Positions 26,531 to 41,108 of a stretch of 64,000 nt of DNA are shown here, one piece after another (the stretch's first letter is position 1; each line of letters starts with the position of its first letter). The DNA comes from Octopus bimaculoides. Lineage: Eukaryota. The stretch is from contig NC_068982.1 in assembly GCF_001194135.2 (NCBI RefSeq), forward strand, positions 20,729,872 through 20,793,871. Reading direction: 5' to 3'. The position numbers and the translations under genes were made by a program. The notes beneath the pieces were generated by a model. That model saw nothing but the letters and a program-made list of their open reading frames with translations. It made no database searches and was not told the origin of the DNA.

Positions 26531-29500
26531 CATATATATGAGTTTATACACATACATATATGTGTGTACATATATACATACATGTACATAGGCACATATT
26601 TCTGCATATACATATTTATATGCGTATAAATATATACGTATGTGTATATGTGTAAGTATGTAAATATATATTCCGAGACACACATTTACATGCGTACACA
26701 CATATATCAACACATATCGTGCTATTCTGATCTTATGAAATGAAATAATTTTTTATGAAAACATTAAATATAAATTCTGGTGTAATGCATTTTGGAGCTA
26801 CGTAAGTATTGTATTGTGCATTTCATTTTTAAGCCAATTTTGATGAAGTTATTTTTTTCTTTTCTCATAATAAAATGCTTTAGGTTCTTTTATGTCGAAG
26901 AATCTCAAACTTATTTCGAATAAGATTCAAAAATAGAACTCTGTCAGAAATATATAACATATTCAATATTGAGCATTAAAATTTATGACATAAATGTTCC
27001 TGGAATTTCTAAGTAAATTGTCATAATTTCTTATGCATTTTTCAGTGAATCGAAGAAATTAAGAGGAAATTTATAGCGAAATATTTCTGCAATTCTCCTA
27101 AGTATTGTAAATATGCATTGGTACGCTAGTGAAGTGCTGGTAATATTTTAATCGATTGTGTTATGCTCGGCAATTTGTTTTGCACTCATGCCATTGTTTT
27201 CGTAAACTCGATATGCAAATTAGGCTAAGAGTAAATAATTATTAAGTAAGTAATTAAACTAAGGACATTTTTTTACGCAATAGAAATTCGCGTACCCTAT
27301 TCTGAAAAAATACAGTTATATATATTTTTATACAGGTAAATACAGGTATGCTAACGCAAGAAAACACACATATAACAAAACCCATACGTATGTAAATATA
27401 CGCTGAATCTCTCTGAGAAATATTTTGTGATTACGCGTGTCTGTAGAGTGTTCAGCCAGTTCCACGTTAATTTCACGATGAGGTCATTCGTTTGATACGA
27501 TAAATTGGAACACACGTGATCCAATCAATCAAACAGCTTGGTCTAGAAATTAACATGAAAATGGCAGAGCAATCCACAGACACGAGTAATCACAAAATAT
27601 TTCTCAGGAAAATTCAGTTTCACAGAGATTCTGACAAAGCTGGTCCTTTTTATTACAAGTACAACTTATTTGTGCCAGCTGAATGGACTGGACCAACGTG
27701 AAATAAAGCAATCGAGCTCATGCCCTTACGAACCGAAACATAATACCTCAACCACTAAGCCACACACCTTCACGCACACACACACACATATACACACACA
27801 CGCACGCACACATACACATTCCTATACACATACACAAGTATAACAGTAGAAATGTAAAACACCTTCCCAATGTATATGTGATCCAGGTTAAAGTCCATGG
27901 TGTTTGTAAAACATGTACCATGTATGAATCTAGGTAGTTATTGTCTATAATACCCTCACATTGATAAAAATATCCTTGCACTCAATGTACTTACGTAGTG
28001 AGAAAGATGACGATATTTATGTTTGTAAAGCGTACTCGGTTATTCTCTTGGCACATGTGTTCCTGATCCTCATGTAAGTACTCGCAGAACATAATAATGC
28101 AGAGTAAAGCGCATTTTCATCTTTTGGGTTAAAAATTCATATCTAAAATCGGATGTCTCTGTTTCAGTAGCAAAATGTATGCTAAGGCTATTATTAAATG
28201 GCATTGCACGATACTTTCATCGAGCTCTTAGCCGAGTTCAAAATGGGCAACAGCATTAGTATCTCCAAAATATTTCTGTCCATTTAGTGTACTGAACATA
28301 ATGATTTCCTTTGTAGTGATGGGTATTGTATTTTTAAGCGTAGCTCTTTAGAACATTTCAATGTCTTCAACGATCTCAAGCGAGACTGTTCTTTTTCAAA
28401 CAAACTTGATATTTTTCTTGGCTACGCTACTGAAATATAATTTCGGTAATGCAATAAGGTGGGTCCACTATGGTAGGCTCTTCATTATAATGACTTTTAA
28501 GGACCAGGAAAACTATGTGTATAGCTTACAAGAGATATGTAAATCGTTTATAACGCAACAACTGCAACCCATATACAGCAGAATGTTTTGTTAATGGCGG
28601 TGGTACATTACTTTTGAAAATATTTCGGGCTATCTGTTAGTTTGAAAACAGCTACAAACACAATGTCGTTCATCAGTTAAGAGGCTAATTTACATTGTCA
28701 GTGACTATCTCTATCTGGACCAAATGAATACAAAAGAATGAGAAACTCAACATCAAATCTTGTATGATTCGCGTCTTGCTGTGTAAAATACCACACTTGG
28801 CAGCTATCACTCACAGGACTGTCTACAATGTCAGTATCGTAACACGATCCGTATAACGGATAGAAATTATGTTTCAAGGCATTTTGGTTAGGAATTCTAC
28901 CTCATAACATGAATAGATCCTGGAAAGGCACAATGCCCCAAGCAGAATTACTGTACCACACTGGATTTTCACTAGAAGCTGCGAAGAGGTTTGTCTTTGG
29001 ATCACTTCCACCATATACGGTACAGTATACTTACTAACGATTTCCACTGTGAAGTTCAAAAACCCGGATAGAGAGATATTAACCATCCAATCTGCCTTAC
29101 AACGATGCTTACAGGAGAGAAGTAAAAGAGCCGACAGCTTTACAGAATATTGTGAGAGATGTGTATGTATCAGTTTGAGATAGTATGTTTTTCTAAATTA
29201 ATATTACCAGACAAATGCAGGAAAAAATGAATATTTTTTGCACACGTAGAAAGGAGAATAGTTCGTTCATGTCTATGCCAAAAACACCACTTAGACTTGG
29301 CATTAGCGATAAAGACTATCATTCCCGCATTGTTTTTTTTCTAAATCAAAGGCAGCATTGATAAATGCTGAAAATTATAAAACAACAAATTTTCACGACC
29401 GATGTGGAGAATACATTTGTAATCATCGAATGTATTGTTTTAGTTGTGTCTTTCCGAATTTTTACCAACGGAGAAAAGACGATTACTAGGTTAAATACAA

Positions 29501-31927
29501 GGCCCAGATATTGTAATTGACACAAGATATAACAGGATAGATTTGATGCAAATGTGCATGTAGTTAAACATGTATACATGTAGATGTGCATGTTTTTATA
29601 TATTTATATCTATGTACGCCATATTGTATGCATACGCGCATATATACAAATTTATATAAGTGTATGCACGCATGAGTGAAAATATGTGCGGATTTAATTT
29701 CGTGTTAATCTTCGTAACTGTTACACGTTATTTGACTGTACATTTGATAACTTGTAGTTGCATTGCTCAATAATTATTGATAGGATAGATAGTAGAATTG
29801 AGATTTTTTGTCATGTCGACATTGATTTTTTTTCACAAGACTTTTAAGGTTATGTTGACATCTACTGGACATCTATGTCAACTACTACACATAATTTCCA
29901 CAGCACAATCCCTTAACGCTTGTTCTTTCATTTCATTGAGATTTTCGGCTACACACTTATGATGTTAATTTTAGAGATTTCACGTCGGATGGCGCCTCTT
30001 GATGATTTGCCAGCACTCCCTCCATATTCCATTTGGGTGTCAGGTATTTATGAATATCTTTTGCTCATGTATTGTTAGAGCATATATTTCAAAGTGAGAG
30101 TTAATATCCCATGAGTTAGTAGAGGATAAAGTCGCTGATCATCTTAGGTTTTTCATGAACTTCTGCTGTGTTTGTTCCCTAAATTAATATAGCTAATCAT
30201 GAGCTAGTGCTGTTATAGTTTTGCAATCTCTATTGTGTTTTTGGGGTATTTGCTCTGAATGATTTGGATAACGTTTATGTATTTCTTTGGCTGTATATCT
30301 TTGATCTGGGAATGCTTACACATTTCCAACCTTCATATTTGCTATATCTGACAAATGTGTATTTGCACATAACATCTTGCACAGCAAATACACAGATCTG
30401 TACCTGATGCCCAACTATTGTAGTAAAAGAGCTGTTAAATACTACATGCAAACCCTTCTATGTATTGCAAGTTTCACAACTATAGCACCGTTGACATATT
30501 TTCCTGTCAAAGTCCTATCGACATAAACAAACGGTTTTCCTACCTCGTTCTAGAAATACTCAGCTACATCGCAAACAATATGAACATTAGATATATAGAA
30601 CATTTCATTACACACATACACACACACAATCATACACACACACAATTATACACTCGCACACATATAAATGAAAGCATATTTTGTGTTTCCAAATATTATG
30701 AATGCCATATCAAACCTTAACACTGCGATACCTGTCTGAACTGAAATACAGAAAATAGTTACGTCGCAGCATTCGGGCTGCTCCATCGCAGAATATATTT
30801 GAAGGTGATATTATTTGTCAGATGGTGATTAACTTGTGGCTGTTAGTAAATTTTAGAAAAAGGTTTAATAAAAGCTCCTGAATGACAAATAAGATAACTG
30901 ACACAGTAAATGAACAATGTGATTGATACTATTGAAAAAAACATTTACAAAACTACATGAAAAGACTGATTCTGCCGTTGATGATGGGCATTATGTTATA
31001 TATGTAAGTACGCTTATTTCATGCGTTTAATGATGTTTTAATGAACTGTATCTAATTTCATTGGGAGTGTAGAATTAACTTTGGCACATGCCTACTTGCT
31101 TCAATGAATGTTCAGTATACACAACTCTCTACATGTATTTTATGGGATTACTAAAGAGGGAGAATACAAACAGAAAACAATGGGTCAGTTCTTACAATGT
31201 TAAGTATTCTCTGGACGTCTTAATGTTGAATGTGTAACATCTGAAGAGTAGTTAGTCAGTAATGTGGAGGAAACACAATATCAGTCGAGTGAGGATTGAA
31301 ATAAATATTACGTATTTTAAATATTCTTTAAATTTAAAGCGTATATACTTGCATATCTTATGTGGAATATTAGTCAACCTACACGAAACAATTCATTTTA
31401 AAACGTAAACATCCATGATACATTGGAGAAAGATTCATAGCGAAACAGCATCTACATTAATTACCATTGCCAAATTGCATTACGGAAAACACCGCATTCT
31501 ATTTCTATGGCAGACGCTACATTTTATTTAAATGCAATATATCAAATTTAACTAGGCTATTCTTGAATTTAAATATAGGTTACCACTAAGACTATAAAAC
31601 AGATGCGATATTTGAAAACTACGATTTGGCACACACTTTTACCTAGATAAAATCTATATCAATTATAATAGTTGATGCAGTAAACGATTTCAAATAATCT
31701 AAACATCAATAGAATCACCTCTTTTAAATTCATTTTTGAAAAAGGAATAAAGAATATATTTCAAATATAGAAATTGAAAGGAATAAATAATTTCAATCAT
31801 GCATAAAGGGAAATTGCATCCCTCAAGATTTATGAATAACACGTTTCAGATACGGAATTACTGAGAAATCATTATATATAAATGTGTGCGTGTGTGTGTA
31901 CATTCATATATATATATATATATATAT

Positions 31928-31931
<4 letters not shown>

Positions 31932-31994
<63 letters not shown>
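31932..31994. repeat. (CA)n microsatellite
   Basis: Direct reading. Confidence 0.95.
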
Positions 31995-31997
<3 letters not shown>

Positions 31998-32282
31998 CCA
32001 CATACACCACACACACACACATGTATGTATGTATATGCACTTATGTATTTATTATTGCGGTTTTATATCTGTGAGCACTGGAAACGGCTGATAAAATTAG
32101 GCCAATTTATATTTTATAACGGGATATTGCTGCAAGTAAACTGAACAGTAGTAAGCCAATAAATAATCTATGCGATAATATAGCGAGTTTGTATCAGGGA
32201 ATTGTGAAGAATATATGCGTATATATACATCACGTCAGCTCATAAAAAGTGAATTTTAATAATCATCTGTATGTTAATATTA

Positions 32283-32475
32283 AGACGGCGAGCGACCTGG
32301 GCAAGAAATTTAACAGCCTTTCATCTGTCATAATGTTCTGAGCTCAAATTCCGTCGAGGGAAACTTTGCTTTTCATCCTTTCGGGGTCGATTAAATATGT
32401 ACCTGTTAAGCACTGTGATAGATTTCATCGACTTATCAATCCATCGAAATTACTGGCCTTGTGCCAAAATTTGAT
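32283..32475 (+). mobile_element. tRNA-derived SINE (family A)
   Basis: GTTCTGAGCTCAAATTCCGTCGAGG..ACTTTGCTTTTCATCCTTTCGGGGTCGATTAAA...GGCCTTGTGCC, shared with the other copies. Confidence 0.8.
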
Positions 32476-33779
32476 TCTAAAATTTGAATTGGATTTCGCT
32501 TGCGCATCGAAATTTCGTGCTCCATTATTTCTGCATAAATGTATCAACAGAATAATATTTCTGCAGTAGCACTTTGTACGTAACTTACATGAGTAGGAAG
32601 TTTTGATGTGAAAACTATGCCCCCATTCTGATAAAAAGAATTGCTTAAATTCTTTTCTTTGGAAATTATCTTTAAAGTTTTTAGACAAATTCTTTCTGAA
32701 TTTTTTCCGACAACTCTGTTTATACTTGGAAGATGTAGCCACACAGCTCCATATATATATGAGGTTCGGAAATAAATTCCCGATAAGAAAATGTATATAG
32801 TTACTTAATACTGATTTTCAAAAATATAAATATTTATATTTATATATATAATTATATTTCACCTGTACTGTATAATTAATGAGAGTGTGGTCAACTGAAC
32901 GATAAAATATTCATATATAATACTAATTAAATACAAAATAACTTCCATTCAGCTTGTCATTTTCTGAGAATATTTATACTCTCGCATATCCCTGGTCTGC
33001 TATGATTTTGAAAATATGTTACACGATTCCAGGCAAAATGTCTATACTCGATGTATAAAATTCTAACTGAAGATATACTATATCTACATCCCAAAGAACT
33101 TACTCTACAAACTATCATAAATGCTGAGTGGTACGAGTGTCCAGTTTGCGCCGGGTGTAAAGATAATACTCGCTGTCTTGAGTCAATTTATATATGAAAT
33201 GGTCGATGCAAGAGTGGTGTGAATACGTTCGTGCATTGAAGAATACGTTGGTACATACGTTGGTCCTGCATATTTGTATATTTGCTTATAAGTACGCAGG
33301 TAAAATTGGATGTGTGTTCCATTGTAATAAGCTTAGAGCAACCGGGATTATTGTGTTATTCATGGTGTAGTAAATAACAATCTGTTTATGTGTGTGTGAT
33401 TTCTCGTGTGAATGTCTGTGGATAAATTATTATTTGTGTCTCTATATGCGGCAAAGAACATCATTCTTTTATTCACTCAAGCACGCGCACACACTCATAC
33501 ACTTACACACTCTCAGATTCACATACATATGTTTGTATTAATTTCCACAAGAAAATAAATTGTTCCTATTATGGTTAAACAAACCCAAGCTGAATAGCCT
33601 GCAATCATGACTAATGGAAGCTGCTATTGCTATTTCGCTTGCTATTTTCGTGTTTTGATAATCATAGCTATTTATCGACAAATTTGTATTTTTCTTGTGT
33701 AGACTTAAATACGGTTATGTGGATTACCTATCTAATCTTCAAGCATTATTTAATTTATGGTGAAGTTAATAGCTGTTTT

Positions 33780-34870
33780 CAGAACTCGGTCTCTTTGAAG
33801 ACATTATGGAATATGGAAATGCTAAAGATATACACAAATGTCGCTCATATTTACAGTTCATCTTCAAATATTCGACTCCCAGATATCGTCCACTCAATCA
33901 GTCTTGAACGGCCGAATTGCTTATCGTTTACATCCTGTTTCAATTGACAAATAAACAGGTTACATCTACGGGGTACGTAATTTGAAATAAAGGCATACAA
34001 ATCAAAGAACCGTTTAGGTCTTTTCAAAATCTTCATTGTTGCATTCAAACATTCAAGACCTACCTATTAGATCGTTGAGGTATTAAAGAGCTCAATGTCA
34101 TTACTATCATCCGGAATTTCTGTTGATTGGTTGACGTAATAACACAGACTGGTAAATAATTCTAATACAAATTTTGAAAAGATTACTAGACCGAAAATTT
34201 CAGAAGACTAAGAGATAAAATTTGATGGTTCTTGATAAAGTGCGAAGATGTCCAGCAGTATCACTATAATATATCAAGGGAATGTATAGAAACTGATTGC
34301 ATTAGATATTGAGATGTAATATACTGGATTTACTTAATACTATAAGATCACCACTTCATTAGTAATTAAGCATATATTTAATTGCCTTGGAATAATTAAT
34401 CAAACATTTGTCTACGAATCAACAGGGGGATTGTGTAGTATCCCAATTATTACCTATATGCCGCTTGTATATTAGCATTGTCATATTGTTTTAGTTGCAG
34501 AGAAGATTCAACAGAAGGAGGAAACATGGTTTGCAATGCAGAATCTGAAATATAAGTATAACTTTACCATAGTAAGGAATCGATAACTTGCACATATCGT
34601 GATTGTAATATCCGTGTTATGTTACTTTTGATATTGTATAAATCATACCAGTTATCTAAATATATGGAACGTTGGTTCACTTGTCTTGAGAAAATTCTAA
34701 ATTTGATTCATTAATCAATCGGATATCAATGGTCCTACCAATCAAGTATCAATCGTCATGAAAACAATGAAACTTGCCATTATATAAATGGAATAACTTT
34801 CCAACTCCGCAGATTAAATTATACTCGGCAACATATCGAACATAGACTGAAAAAGATTTTGAGCATGTTA
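33780..34870 (+). mobile_element. Possible very old Penelope-like RT remnant
   Basis: Frameshifted remnants YNFTIVRxIDNL (~FNFTFRYIDDL) and NGITFQLRRLNYTR; weak. Confidence 0.25.
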
Positions 34871-35283
34871 GCATAAGAAAAGGGAATCAGAATTTTATAT
34901 AGTCGTGATATCAAAGTTGAGATCTAAAATATACCATATATTTTTGGTAAATAGTCAACATTTCGAAACATTATCATTATCGGCAAATTTGTGCACGTAC
35001 ATATGTCTGAAACGGAAGGTAAATTTCAGTGAAATTCGACAATCTAAAACCAAATATGTATTCACTTAAAATGGCAGCGAAGTGTCAGCTAAATTCAAGG
35101 GATAAATGAGATATATAATCCAATCATGCTACAGTTTCCATAGAATAGTTGACGTATGACATCATAAGTACTCCAGTCATATATTGAAGTAGATTTACAC
35201 AATTTATATAGTGCATTATATGTACTTTACCTTTTTTTAAACATTTGGAAAACCACCCTCTGTTTGACCCGAAAAACTCCGGA

Positions 35284-35322
<39 letters not shown>

Positions 35323-35804
35323 ACAAATATATATAAGGATTTACTTTTCGTAATGAGATAAAAAAAACACCAAAACGAAAACAATTCTGCATGCAGCGTC
35401 CGAGCACGCACGGTCACATTAAGAAAATTGTTGTCTAACAGACGTTGTTGGGCCTTAGAGACTATAAATTAGCAGATAAATGTACATACGTTATTTCGGT
35501 TTGTAATCAATATCTGAAGAATATTTGTATGGGCTTCGTCTATGCTCAGAAGGAAGGCTTTGAGACTGAAGCTAAAAGAAAATAGTTGAATAGTTGATCA
35601 GGATTTAACATATTCTAGAGTAATTGTTATAATAAACATAGAGCATTCCAAACCATTTTTACTCCAACAAATAGGTACCTGTGGTGCTACGGGAACAGTC
35701 TAGTATTGGTACCACTTAGACAACGCAGTTTGAATTCTATATTGTTCATCCATTTAATACAACCTAGTTATACCATTTCAGTAGCTATTTTTTTCGAGTT
35801 TTAA

Positions 35805-36075
35805 TAAAAGCAATGCGTGGAACCATGCGGGCAGTCGCATGTACCCCAGGAAGGGGGATTTTCTGCACCCCCCTCCCTGGGTCTCATTACTCATTATGTG
35901 AATTTTTTTATGAGTCTAAACCCATCTCTGGAACACAAGTAACGTATGTTTCCTGTTTGGAGAAAATCGGTTGCGGACTTCAGAAGTTCTGCGGGTTTAC
36001 ACACACACACACACACTTACACACACACGCATGCGCTCGCGCACGCACACACTTAATTTTATATATATAAAGATT
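35805..36075 (+). mobile_element. Probable non-autonomous Helitron/Helentron-like MITE
   Basis: GC-richer 5' end, then ...GAAAATCGGTTGCGGACTTCAGAAGTT.. followed by a (CA)n tract and TTAATTTTATATATATAAGAT; this layout is typical of DINE/HINE-like elements. Confidence 0.4.
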
Positions 36076-37053
36076 GGTATTATTCAGTGTATTATATTGG
36101 CATATATTGTTCCCTCAAAATTGCTAAATTTTGTCTAAACCAGAAAGTATATACACCAGTATTGGGAATTATACTTAAATTTTGATTATGAATACCAACT
36201 GGATTTTTGTTGGTGTATAGCAGCAGAGACGAACGGAATTTATTCGATTCCTTTTTTTTTCTGTTCTTGCGTATAGACTCGAGTACTGAATAATAATTAG
36301 GAAATATATACGTGATAAAATTGAAAGATGTGATGATCCAAAAGCTATTTTCGCATCTCTAGCTAAATCAACTGCCATTTAGTTACTACTTGAATCTGAC
36401 ATATTGCAACGTAAGCTATGATTACCTAAAACATAAGCAAAACAATACATAAAATCGTAACGATAACAATAATTATATTTCAAATATCAACTATGGAAAT
36501 ATCCAGTACTATAATTAGATATGACAGTGGTGAGTGACTGTTTTCAATAGCTTTTAAATATATGAAATTTAGATTTACACAGAAACAAACATACTTATAA
36601 TAATAGAGTATTTGTCTCTGTGAATAATATTTCGAAATATTTGATTATAATGGTATTTGTTTCGTAACTTATCATTAATAAAAGAATCAATTGAAACACA
36701 GTTTATTAAAGAAAACTTAAGCAAATGTGAGCTATCTGAATAATGTATTAAACATAAATGCTCATGCAATCATAACACAAGTGACTAGAATTGAAATTAA
36801 AGAATTGATTCAGTCATACACTTGAAAGAAACTATTTCAACTTATTTAAGCAAATTATATTCGTTCGCTACTGCATGTTCTCGATATCGTGATCTCACAA
36901 ACTTTTATTCGCGCCTAAATGTTTTTGTTTAATGTCACTAACAAAATTGTGTTTGATAATTAAAAATAACGCTGTGTACATGTTTTAAATATGTAAGTAG
37001 AGTATTTTCAGTAAACAGTCATACAATGCCTAAAACAATATTTTAGTTGTCTT

Positions 37054-37260
37054 AGGGCTGGTAGAAACGTTACCGCGCTCGGCGAAATGCTTAGCGGTAT
37101 TTCGTCCGTCTTTACGTCGTGAGTTCAAATTTCGCAGAGGCCGACTTTGCCTTTCATCCTTTCGGATCGATAAATTAGGTACCAGTTGCTTGCTAGGATC
37201 AATCTAATCGACTGAACCCCTCCAGAAAAAATGCGGTCCTTGTACCTAGAGTAGAACATA
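37054..37260 (+). mobile_element. tRNA-derived SINE (family A), well preserved
   Basis: A-box-like GCTGGTAGAAACG, B-box-like GAGTTCAAAT, body GCCGACTTTGCCTTTCATCCTTTCGGATCGATAAATTAGGTACCAG, tail CCTTGTACCTAGAGTAG. Confidence 0.88.
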
Positions 37261-39169
37261 TTTTCTTTGTCTTGAAGTTTTGTTGAGTGTCATTCTGTTA
37301 TTAATTGTGCTCCGTATTTGACATATGTTTTAGAGTTGGGTAATAAAACCTACTTTTGTTCTATGTCTAAAGAGAAATCCGTGTAATTCCGAAACGATAT
37401 AAAATCCCAATAATGAGAAAATGTAACAAATTACATAAAAAAGAATCGTAAGGAATATTTAATCAACTTTAAATCCTTCATACCACAAAACATTTATAAT
37501 GCAGCAAATCCTAGCTTCTAAAATTTATGTCATACATATAATAATGAAAGCAATTCATTTAATTCGACACATTTACCTTGATGTTCATTTTTGTTACACA
37601 AAGGCCTCCGAATAAAATGATCAATGTAGTATATTAAACACATTTGATTTCATAGTAAACCAGAAAGAAAAAGAGATAATATGCACATATATTTGTTTAA
37701 AATTAGAAGGGAAATAGGCGCCAGAAAATAGCATGCCTTCAATAGGAACAGTTAATTATCATAGGATACATTGTGTCAACTACTAGGCAGAAGCTATTTT
37801 GAGTGCATATATCCGCGTACACACGGTCGTTGACTGGTGAAAATTAACATTAAAGTACTTAGTGTATTCAACGTTATATATTAATTAAACTAATATATAT
37901 TGCAATAATAATGTTTAAATATTACACGCGACTAATACCAAGACAGTGCCAACAGATGAAAACGAGAGAGATTAGGTGATAGTAGGGATATTCTAATAGT
38001 TCTTGCTGTTAATCCTAAATCATTTTTACATTGACGTTTGAAATAGAAATTCAGATTAAAATAATGTATAAAAAATGTTATTAGTTGTTACAATCGGGCT
38101 TATAATGCGGTTTAAACTTGAGAAAACAATAAAGCGAGCAAATGCTGATCCTCGGAAAGATATACACGAGTCCCAAAATCACGGAGCTTCAAAATCATGT
38201 TCATTGAAACCGCATGTAAAACTGGAAGAGCGTGTAGTATTTAAACATTATGAGTTGAAAGCTAAAGTGATAAAAAGTTTCTTTTATGAAGGGAAATATT
38301 TCCAAGATCTTATATATTACAGAAAAATATAACAGAAATTACAGCAAGACAAGGTTAACCACATAAATACTTTGCTGCAATATATCTTAAACAGGAGTAA
38401 ATTGACCTTTTATTGACTGCATAGTATTACATAAAAAACAAATGACTCGTTCAGTGCATTTTGATTTGTAAAATTGCTAAAAAGCTGTGCCATATCGGCT
38501 TGAAAGCCTTTCCGCATAAGAAATGGAAATTGAATTTAAACCATATTTTTACTTTTTAGAATACATGATATTGTCGCTATAAATAAACTTTAGCGTTGAA
38601 TGTTTGTATTATTCCTTGGAAAAGCTGTTTTCTCTCAATGGAGCATAGGATTGATTTCTAGAAAAAATAAAAAAATAAAAACGGTTGCGTAAAACATAAC
38701 GGCTTAAATGTAGTCGAGAAATACCGACACTTGGTTCATCGACAATACTAGAAAGTTAAATACCAGTAGAGAGGATCGACCGGAAAATTCAATTGTCTAT
38801 AACACTATATATCAAGTATGTTTATTATATAAAATTCGTAATAAAACATTTATTGATACACATACACGTGAGTCCCACGCACATCAGGCAAGTGTATATG
38901 CAGTCATGCATTTCGTTAACCGAGAAAAACACTCACAATTATTACATACAGCTTACAAAATATGGAACGTACACAAATATGAACACATTCTACCACACTT
39001 TATACCTTCTATTCCTTTGAGTGAACTTGTATGTTACTATTGCTGAATGGTTCACAATCAATTTTCCCAATGTATCAATAACAGTTTTAAATAAATGTCA
39101 ATGTGAAAGATCTCATCTTGAAAGAGTAAATCAGATGACAATCGTAAATGCATACATCAGGTCACGTGT

Positions 39170-40245
39170 AGGGGCATCAGTCGCTGCTAGGCTTGTGGTA
39201 TTCACAATTTGTTAGTATATTACACTGTCGACACGGGCAACCCATGAATCAGAGTTTTAGTAATTTCCTATCTCCCCGAAATTTCTCTTCATCTACTGTA
39301 AACATGGGGCATGTGGGTGAATAACTCGAACCGTGAACCCATCCGAATTCACAGTGAAGAGAAAACTGCATGGTGTTCTAACTCGATAACTCGAGCAACA
39401 TAGGTAATCAATTTGAGTCTGAGCCCCAGAATCATACAAGTAACATGACGCATTCCCGATTCTGTTTCGAGTTAATGGTTGAATATGAAATCCAACCAAC
39501 TATAAATCATAATTCTGTGAAGCATTCTACTAGGTGGCTCCTAAAGCCTCCGAGAAGAGTTCAAGTGCCACAACTACTGAGCAGGAAAAAGAGGACCAGT
39601 GACCTATAGACACAAACGTTTTCTTCCTGCTGAGATATCGGCAGCGTCAAATACCCTTGTCTAATGTCAGCACAACTGTACCAGCTCGTCCAAGATTTTA
39701 AGAACCTCAGACTGTCAGCTAATGCTATTATAAATCTAACTTCTGAGAGAAGTGAATCGGTAATAAAAATTCGACATTGTTGCCCGGAAGAGAGACAGAC
39801 GATGTAGAGCCCCATTAGAATCCAAAGAAAAACTGGTTACTTGTGTTGATCCAAAAGAGACTTCGTGTCCAAGCGTTCCCGATTCTTCACTCAGTGAAAT
39901 GACAGCGTTATTTATTCAGCAAGAATTATTGCATCATCAGCAAAATCTATGTCTGTAATCCTAGTGTCACCAAACAGCCCACCACATCTCGATTGAACCA
40001 TCATCCAGCCAAATGCCCAACCCATGCAGGCATTGAACAGAGTGGAAACCAAGACACAACCCGAGTTTTTACTGAGGAAGAGTCAGATGTTGAGACCCCA
40101 ATCTGAACCACACTGACTGTTCCGGTGTTCAGGGCGATTATCAGCCGAATCAGTTGAGGAGGTAAATCTCGCATTACCAGCCTCTTCCTATGTCAACATC
40201 CGCTAGACGTTTGACTCGGTGGCCAGAGATATGCTTTTGAGGACT
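39170..40245 (-). mobile_element. RTE-clade LINE, 5'-truncated 3' portion (RT C-terminal half), decayed
   Basis: Minus-strand translation GCVLVSTLFNACMGW...GDTRITDIDFADDAIILAE and VYRSLVLFFLLSSCGT*TL matches the RTE RT (FADD catalytic motif) and downstream motifs. Confidence 0.85.
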
Positions 40246-40824
40246 ATGAAGTAAACACACACATATACTTAAATATGCACGAGGCGAGTTCGTACAATCT
40301 TTTCAGTACCTTGGTTTGCCCACATGCTTTCACCGTACACGCGCACGCACATATACGCACACACACAGACACACACATACATAAATATACGAAACTATGT
40401 AGGCAACCAGATATAGGCAGATAATGAAATGTATTATTATCAAACCAATCGAAACCGAGTTTACTGAGCGATATACCTTTTGAAATATTATCTGTCGAGA
40501 CTTATCTTCACTGGTGGATGCACCATAACCAGTGTTTCAGAATCTCATCTCCGTGAGACCAATGTAATATGAGACGAAACGACGTTGTGATGAATAATGA
40601 ATCTCTTGAATTCCATTTCCTATTTTTTTGTTATGTACACACATACACATACACACATATACACACACATACACACACACGCTCATATATATATATATAT
40701 ATATAACTACGAATAATTGAATTTTGTTTTCAATTATGAAATTCAATATCAAAGGAAAATGCTATTTTTTTATCACGATTGAATTATTTAATATATGGTT
40801 CTATATTTAAGAGATGAGGAATTC

Positions 40825-41108
40825 TGTACATTATTTACATTGTTTACATTATTTACATTCGACAGATATTTGTCATTATCTTGTTTGCTGCTAGCACAAC
40901 GTTTCAACTGATATACCCTCCAGCCTTCTTCAAGTGTCTTGGGGAAATTTCGAACCTGGGTTCTCATTCCTAAGGTATTTTCGATGTTATTATTATCATC
41001 ATTATTATTGTTATTATTATCCGTGTTCAGGTCACTGCTTAGAATCGAACTCGGAATCTTGAGGTTGCTAGCCCGCGCTCTTAACTGCAACGCCATATGC
41101 TCGTGGGC
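40825..41108 (-). mobile_element. Composite SINE: tRNA-like head + (AAT)n linker + Penelope-like tail with HHR
   Basis: Minus strand: TGGCGTTGCAGTTAAG (A-box-like), GAGTTCGATTC (B-box), AAT-rich linker, GACAC-TTGAAGA-A-GGCTG...CAGTT-GAAAC-GTT-GTGCT, then an (AATGTAAAT)n tail. Confidence 0.75.

Noticed and set aside
32425-32800. Possible mariner C-terminal/TIR remnant
   Set aside because: Similarity is limited to a few residues in AT-rich sequence.
41035-41100. tRNA gene candidate on the minus strand
   Set aside because: A and B boxes are present but no full cloverleaf or acceptor stem; it continues into a repeat body, so it is a SINE head.
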